The notes under the pieces were generated by a model. That model did not search any database. It saw only the letters and a program-made list of their open reading frames with translations, and was not told the origin of the DNA. This document shows positions 60,478-64,000 of a stretch of DNA of 64,000 bases, in pieces (within the stretch, counting starts at the first letter, position 1; the number at the start of each line of letters is the position of its first letter). Source of the DNA: an uncultured Spirochaetota bacterium (GTDB lineage Bacteria > Spirochaetota > Spirochaetia > SZUA-6 > Fen-1364); assembly GCA_963820525.1 (NCBI GenBank), contig CAWGAA010000003.1:512001-576000 (forward strand), read 5' to 3'. The position numbers and the translations under genes were made by a program.

Positions 60478-61221
60478 ATGGCTAGACGGAAGAAAAGGGT
60501 GGAGTGGCCCCATGAGAACCTGGAACGGTGGCTGCTCACCTATGCCGATATGATAACGCTTCTCATGCTGTTCTTCATCGTGCTCTACGCGATGAGCAAC
60601 GTGGACACCGAGAAATACAAGGAGCTCTCCCAGGCGCTCTCCTCCGTTTTCCAGGGCGGCAACTTCACCATCCTCTTCGATCAATCGGCCTCCGGCACCC
60701 CGGGCATCATGGAAGGAGTCCAGCCGGGCAAGCAGGTGGAGTCGAAGAAGACGGGAAAGGTTCTGGGCACGGGGGGAACCTCGTCGCTGATGACGCAGGC
60801 CACCTCGACGCTGCAGAACCTGATAAAGTCGGGCCGGGTCAAGGTGATTCCGACGGAGAGGGGTCTGGCGATATCGCTTGTCTCCGACTTCCACTTCGGG
60901 GTGAGCTCCGCGGAGCTGACCCCCGAATCCATTCCCGTGCTCCAGCAGGTGTCCGATTTCCTCACACAGCTTCCCAACGCCGTCGTCGTGGAAGGCCATA
61001 CGGACAGCGCTCCCGTGGATACCACGAAGTGGTCCTCCAACTGGGAGCTTTCGGCCAAGCGGGCCCTTGCCGTGCTCACGGCCCTTGAAGCCTACGGGGT
61101 TCCCGATTCACGCCTCTCCCTCGCCGCTTATGGCGACACGCGCCCCCTCATGTCCAACGATACTCCCGAGGGAAGGGCGTACAACCGCCGCGTGGACCTT
61201 CTGATCGTGGAGAAGCAGTAA
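60478..61221 (+). CDS. motB: Stator B subunit MotB
   Basis: WLLTYADMITLL..FIVLYAMS; OmpA-like domain EGHTD, SNWELSAKRA, NRRVD. Confidence 0.93.
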   Translation: MARRKKRVEWPHENLERWLLTYADMITLLMLFFIVLYAMSNVDTEKYKELSQALSSVFQGGNFTILFDQSASGTPGIMEGVQPGKQVESKKTGKVLGTGGTSSLMTQATSTLQNLIKSGRVKVIPTERGLAISLVSDFHFGVSSAELTPESIPVLQQVSDFLTQLPNAVVVEGHTDSAPVDTTKWSSNWELSAKRALAVLTALEAYGVPDSRLSLAAYGDTRPLMSNDTPEGRAYNRRVDLLIVEKQ

Positions 61222-61272
61222 AGCAGGCGGCCTGGAAAGGGGCCTTCCCCTGCCTTCGGCGTCCGCGCTCTT

Positions 61273-62553
61273 TCAGCGCATCCGCAGGGGGCGATAGGCC
61301 GGCAGCTTCTTTTCAACAAGAGAAAGCTTCAGGCGGGCAAACCTCTGAAGCCCTCCCTCCAGGGGAGCCTCGGGCCAGTCCTCGCCGATCAGCGGCGAGG
61401 CGTAGCGGATGAAATCGTCGGTGACGTCCAGGCCGTCCCTTGAGATCCATGACGCCGGCATGAAGCGCTCGGAGTTGGCCACGCTCTCCAGAGGCACCTT
61501 GTCGAAGCGCGCCTTGTACCGCGGCCCGGGCTCGCGAAGGATCGTGGCCATCCATCCCGTCCCCTCCCCGAGCGCGATCTCCACCGCCTTTTTCCCCGCC
61601 TGGTAGGCTTCCTCGACGTCGACAGGCGATGCGAAGATCGAGACGGATCTCTGGATCACTCCGGGGACCTGCCACGTTGCCTGACCGCGCGACGCCAGGC
61701 CCTTCTCGTTGAGATAGTTGGCAACCACCTGGGCCGCCGACGTCCGGCTGGCCCCATACTCGACGTGGCCGAAGCCGTCGTGCCTCTCTCCCACCCCTCC
61801 AACGTCGAACCCCTCGTTCACCACCACGATGCAGCGGCCCCGGCGCGAAAGCTCGCGGTTGACGTTCTCGCGCAGGCTTTCAAGCGAATGGCGGGACTCG
61901 GCCATGTAGAGCTGGAGCGGCATCCGCCGCTGGGGGTCTCCCAGCCGGGAGGCTGCCGTAATGAAGCCGGATTTCCGTCCCATGGCCTGGAGAACCGACA
62001 CGGGCTCGGAGACGCTCATGCCGCGGTTCTCCTCGTCGATATTCTGGATCAGGTATGCCCAGTAGCGCGCAGCGCTCCCATAGCCGGGAGTGTGATCGAT
62101 GAGCCTGAACTCGCCGTCTCCGATGTCATTGTCGATGGTCTTGGGCACTCCCGTGACCACGAGGTCCACTCCCCGCATGCGGGCGAGCTTGGAGACCTTG
62201 GCAGCCGTGTCCATGGAATCGTTGCCGCCGATGTAGAAAAACCAGCCGATGTCGTGGGCGCGCATCACCTCCACGATGCGCTCGAAATCCTCTGCCTGCG
62301 TGGAGTCCAGCTTGTAGCGGCACGTGCCGATGGCGCCCGCGGCGGGCGTGGAGCGCAAAAGCCCGATCTCCCGCGCGCTGGAGCCGGAGAGATCGGTCAG
62401 CTCCTCCAGGAGAACTCCCTCGATTCCGTGCCATGGGGCGAGCACCTTCCCAATGCGCGCCGGAGAATCGAGGCAGCCCTCGATCACTCCCTGAAGGGAT
62501 GCATTGATGACGGGGGACGACCCGCCGGACTGTGCGACCAGCGCGCTCCTCAC
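61273..62553 (-). CDS. Phosphofructokinase, PPi-dependent signature
   Basis: QSGG, GGNDS, PKTIDND, MGR. Confidence 0.88.
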   Translation of the reverse strand: MRSALVAQSGGSSPVINASLQGVIEGCLDSPARIGKVLAPWHGIEGVLLEELTDLSGSSAREIGLLRSTPAAGAIGTCRYKLDSTQAEDFERIVEVMRAHDIGWFFYIGGNDSMDTAAKVSKLARMRGVDLVVTGVPKTIDNDIGDGEFRLIDHTPGYGSAARYWAYLIQNIDEENRGMSVSEPVSVLQAMGRKSGFITAASRLGDPQRRMPLQLYMAESRHSLESLRENVNRELSRRGRCIVVVNEGFDVGGVGERHDGFGHVEYGASRTSAAQVVANYLNEKGLASRGQATWQVPGVIQRSVSIFASPVDVEEAYQAGKKAVEIALGEGTGWMATILREPGPRYKARFDKVPLESVANSERFMPASWISRDGLDVTDDFIRYASPLIGEDWPEAPLEGGLQRFARLKLSLVEKKLPAYRPLRMR

Positions 62554-64000
62554 TCCTTCTTTCCCTTCAGCTTTGCGATATAGAGGTAGGCGGCCAGGTC
62601 GGGATCGATTTTCTCCGCTTTCGCCATCTCGGAGATCCTCTTTCCCAGCTTCCGCTTCTCCTCCTCCTTGGCCGTCGTCACCATCCGGGCGAGATCCTTG
62701 TAGCTGTATTCCTCGCCCTTGCCCCGGCGCGCGAGCAGGGCCGAAAGCCTCTCACGAAGCCTCTCCGGCAGCACCAGCTTGCGCGCCGCGATATCGAGGA
62801 AGAAGGCGATGAGGGCCAGCACCACCAGGAGCGGCCACAGGGGGCTCGGCTCGATCTTCCCACGGGAGGAGCGGATGAAAAGGCCCCGCCACTCGGGAGG
62901 AGCCTGCTCCCGCGCGGAGGCCGGCACCTCGAGGCTGAGGAGCTTGCCCGCCGTGAGGCTCGCCAGGCGCGCGAGCAGGGAGGTGTCGGTTCCCCTGTCC
63001 CTGTACTCATCGGGATAGGAGAGGCTCACCGCAATTGTCCGCGGGGGAAGATCCGCGCGGTTCATGGCGGCAAGGGTCACGGCGTAATCTCCCGTCTTCT
63101 CGGCCTTGAAAGACCCCTCGTAGAGGCCCGGCGCCTTCTGCTGCAGACGGACCTCCTGGCGGTCCCCTCCGGGGTCCAGCACCACGGCGCGCATATCCAG
63201 GCCGTTCACGAAGGCGGACAGAGCGTCGTAGGCATCCACCGATATTTCTCCCCGTCCGGCCTCCAGGCGCACGACGGGGTGCAGCACGTCGAAGGATGTG
63301 GGACGCTGGATCCACCGCACAAGCTGGGCGACGAACCGCGGATAGGCGTCCCAGCCGACCCAGGCCCTCCCCCACTTCCCCTTCAAGTCCGAAGTGAAGG
63401 CGGCGGCCTTCCCCAGGCCGTAGCGCCAGGTGGCGAGCAGGGGCGCGTCGTACAGGGCGGTGAGGCTCTGCTCGGCGCCGCTCTTGAGGTAGGTGAAGAC
63501 AAAGCCGCCCAGGGGCGGCATGCCCGCCAGGGGGACGCCCCGCAGGATCTCGCTCCCCGAGGACGGCTGCGCCAGGAAGCTCTTCTCCACCAGCAGTCCC
63601 CTGCTCACCACCATTGTTTCGGTGACGAAGATCCGCGGCACCGTGGTGGGATCGTTGGTGGCGTAGAAGCGGCCTCCGCCCCACCCGGAGATCTTGGCCA
63701 GCAGGTCCCTGTCGGCATCCTCTCCCACGGCGATGGTCGAGACGGTGATCTTGTCCCGGGCCATGGCCTTGACCTGGCTTTCGAAGTCCGCCCCCTCGGT
63801 GAGGCCGTCGGAGATGACGATGACGTGCTTGGTGGCCGACACAGTCGCGTTGAGCATTCGGTGGGCCTCCTGGAGGGCGGGGAAGAGGACGGTCCCGCCT
63901 CCCGGCACCAGGGTTGAAAGCTCATTGGCCACCTGTTCCTTGTTCTTCGCATCCGTCAGAGGCACCGTCCACTCCACGTCGGCGTCAAAGGCGAGAAGCC
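62550..64000 (-). CDS. VWA-domain membrane protein (5' part outside the window)
   Basis: GGGT, HVIVISDG, STIAVG, LLATWRYGLGK..AFTSD; C-terminal TM helix. Confidence 0.8.
   Translation of the reverse strand, partial: LLAFDADVEWTVPLTDAKNKEQVANELSTLVPGGGTVLFPALQEAHRMLNATVSATKHVIVISDGLTEGADFESQVKAMARDKITVSTIAVGEDADRDLLAKISGWGGGRFYATNDPTTVPRIFVTETMVVSRGLLVEKSFLAQPSSGSEILRGVPLAGMPPLGGFVFTYLKSGAEQSLTALYDAPLLATWRYGLGKAAAFTSDLKGKWGRAWVGWDAYPRFVAQLVRWIQRPTSFDVLHPVVRLEAGRGEISVDAYDALSAFVNGLDMRAVVLDPGGDRQEVRLQQKAPGLYEGSFKAEKTGDYAVTLAAMNRADLPPRTIAVSLSYPDEYRDRGTDTSLLARLASLTAGKLLSLEVPASAREQAPPEWRGLFIRSSRGKIEPSPLWPLLVVLALIAFFLDIAARKLVLPERLRERLSALLARRGKGEEYSYKDLARMVTTAKEEEKRKLGKRISEMAKAEKIDPDLAAYLYIAKLKGKKE

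Noticed and set aside
59668..61221. MotAB as a Zorya (ZorAB) anti-phage system or ExbBD/TolQR
   Set aside because: MotA is normal length with no ZorA tail and has flagellar-type torque residues; no zorC/D/E or tonB nearby
61273..62553. PPi-type PFK as part of the BMC or stator systems
   Set aside because: It is coupled to the VWA gene on the opposite strand and is an ordinary enzyme in anaerobes

Overview
GC-rich bacterial chromosomal segment. The gene content (MotAB, MCP, CBS-PP2C and cNMP-domain proteins, DUF4424-like surface protein) suggests a free-living spirochaete; this is inference only. In order: a lipoprotein; a 3047-aa cyclic beta-1,2-glucan synthase (NdvB/Cgs); an AT-richer accessory patch (degenerate nucleotidyl-cyclase-like ORF, mgsA, two tandem tyrosine recombinases of which the second lacks the catalytic Tyr); a starch/maltodextrin locus (GH57, malEFG-like ABC components, LacI, malQ); Ser/Thr dehydratase-radA; an MCP; a zone of gene remnants; an aldo/keto reductase; an NDK-like hypothetical; mgtA with a PTS EIIA-domain partner; a sugar-phosphate-utilisation (SPU-type) bacterial microcompartment operon (2 BMC-H, 1 BMC-T, 4 BMC-P, acylating aldehyde dehydrogenase, RpiB, DeoC, aldose epimerase); a YbhGFSR-like ABC exporter; a PP2C/histidine-kinase signalling cluster; a 710-aa protein ending in a FliG C-terminal-like domain directly upstream of an orphan motAB pair; a PPi-type PFK; and a partial VWA protein. 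The best candidates for something undescribed are (i) the FliG-C-like protein plus MotAB module, (ii) a 193-bp element with perfect 25-bp terminal inverted repeats enclosing GGA-loop hairpins (MITE or CsrA-sponge-like RNA), (iii) the active/dead recombinase pair, and (iv) the SPU-BMC variant. All assignments come from motif recognition by eye; no database searches were run. I recognised no rRNA, tRNA or CRISPR array.
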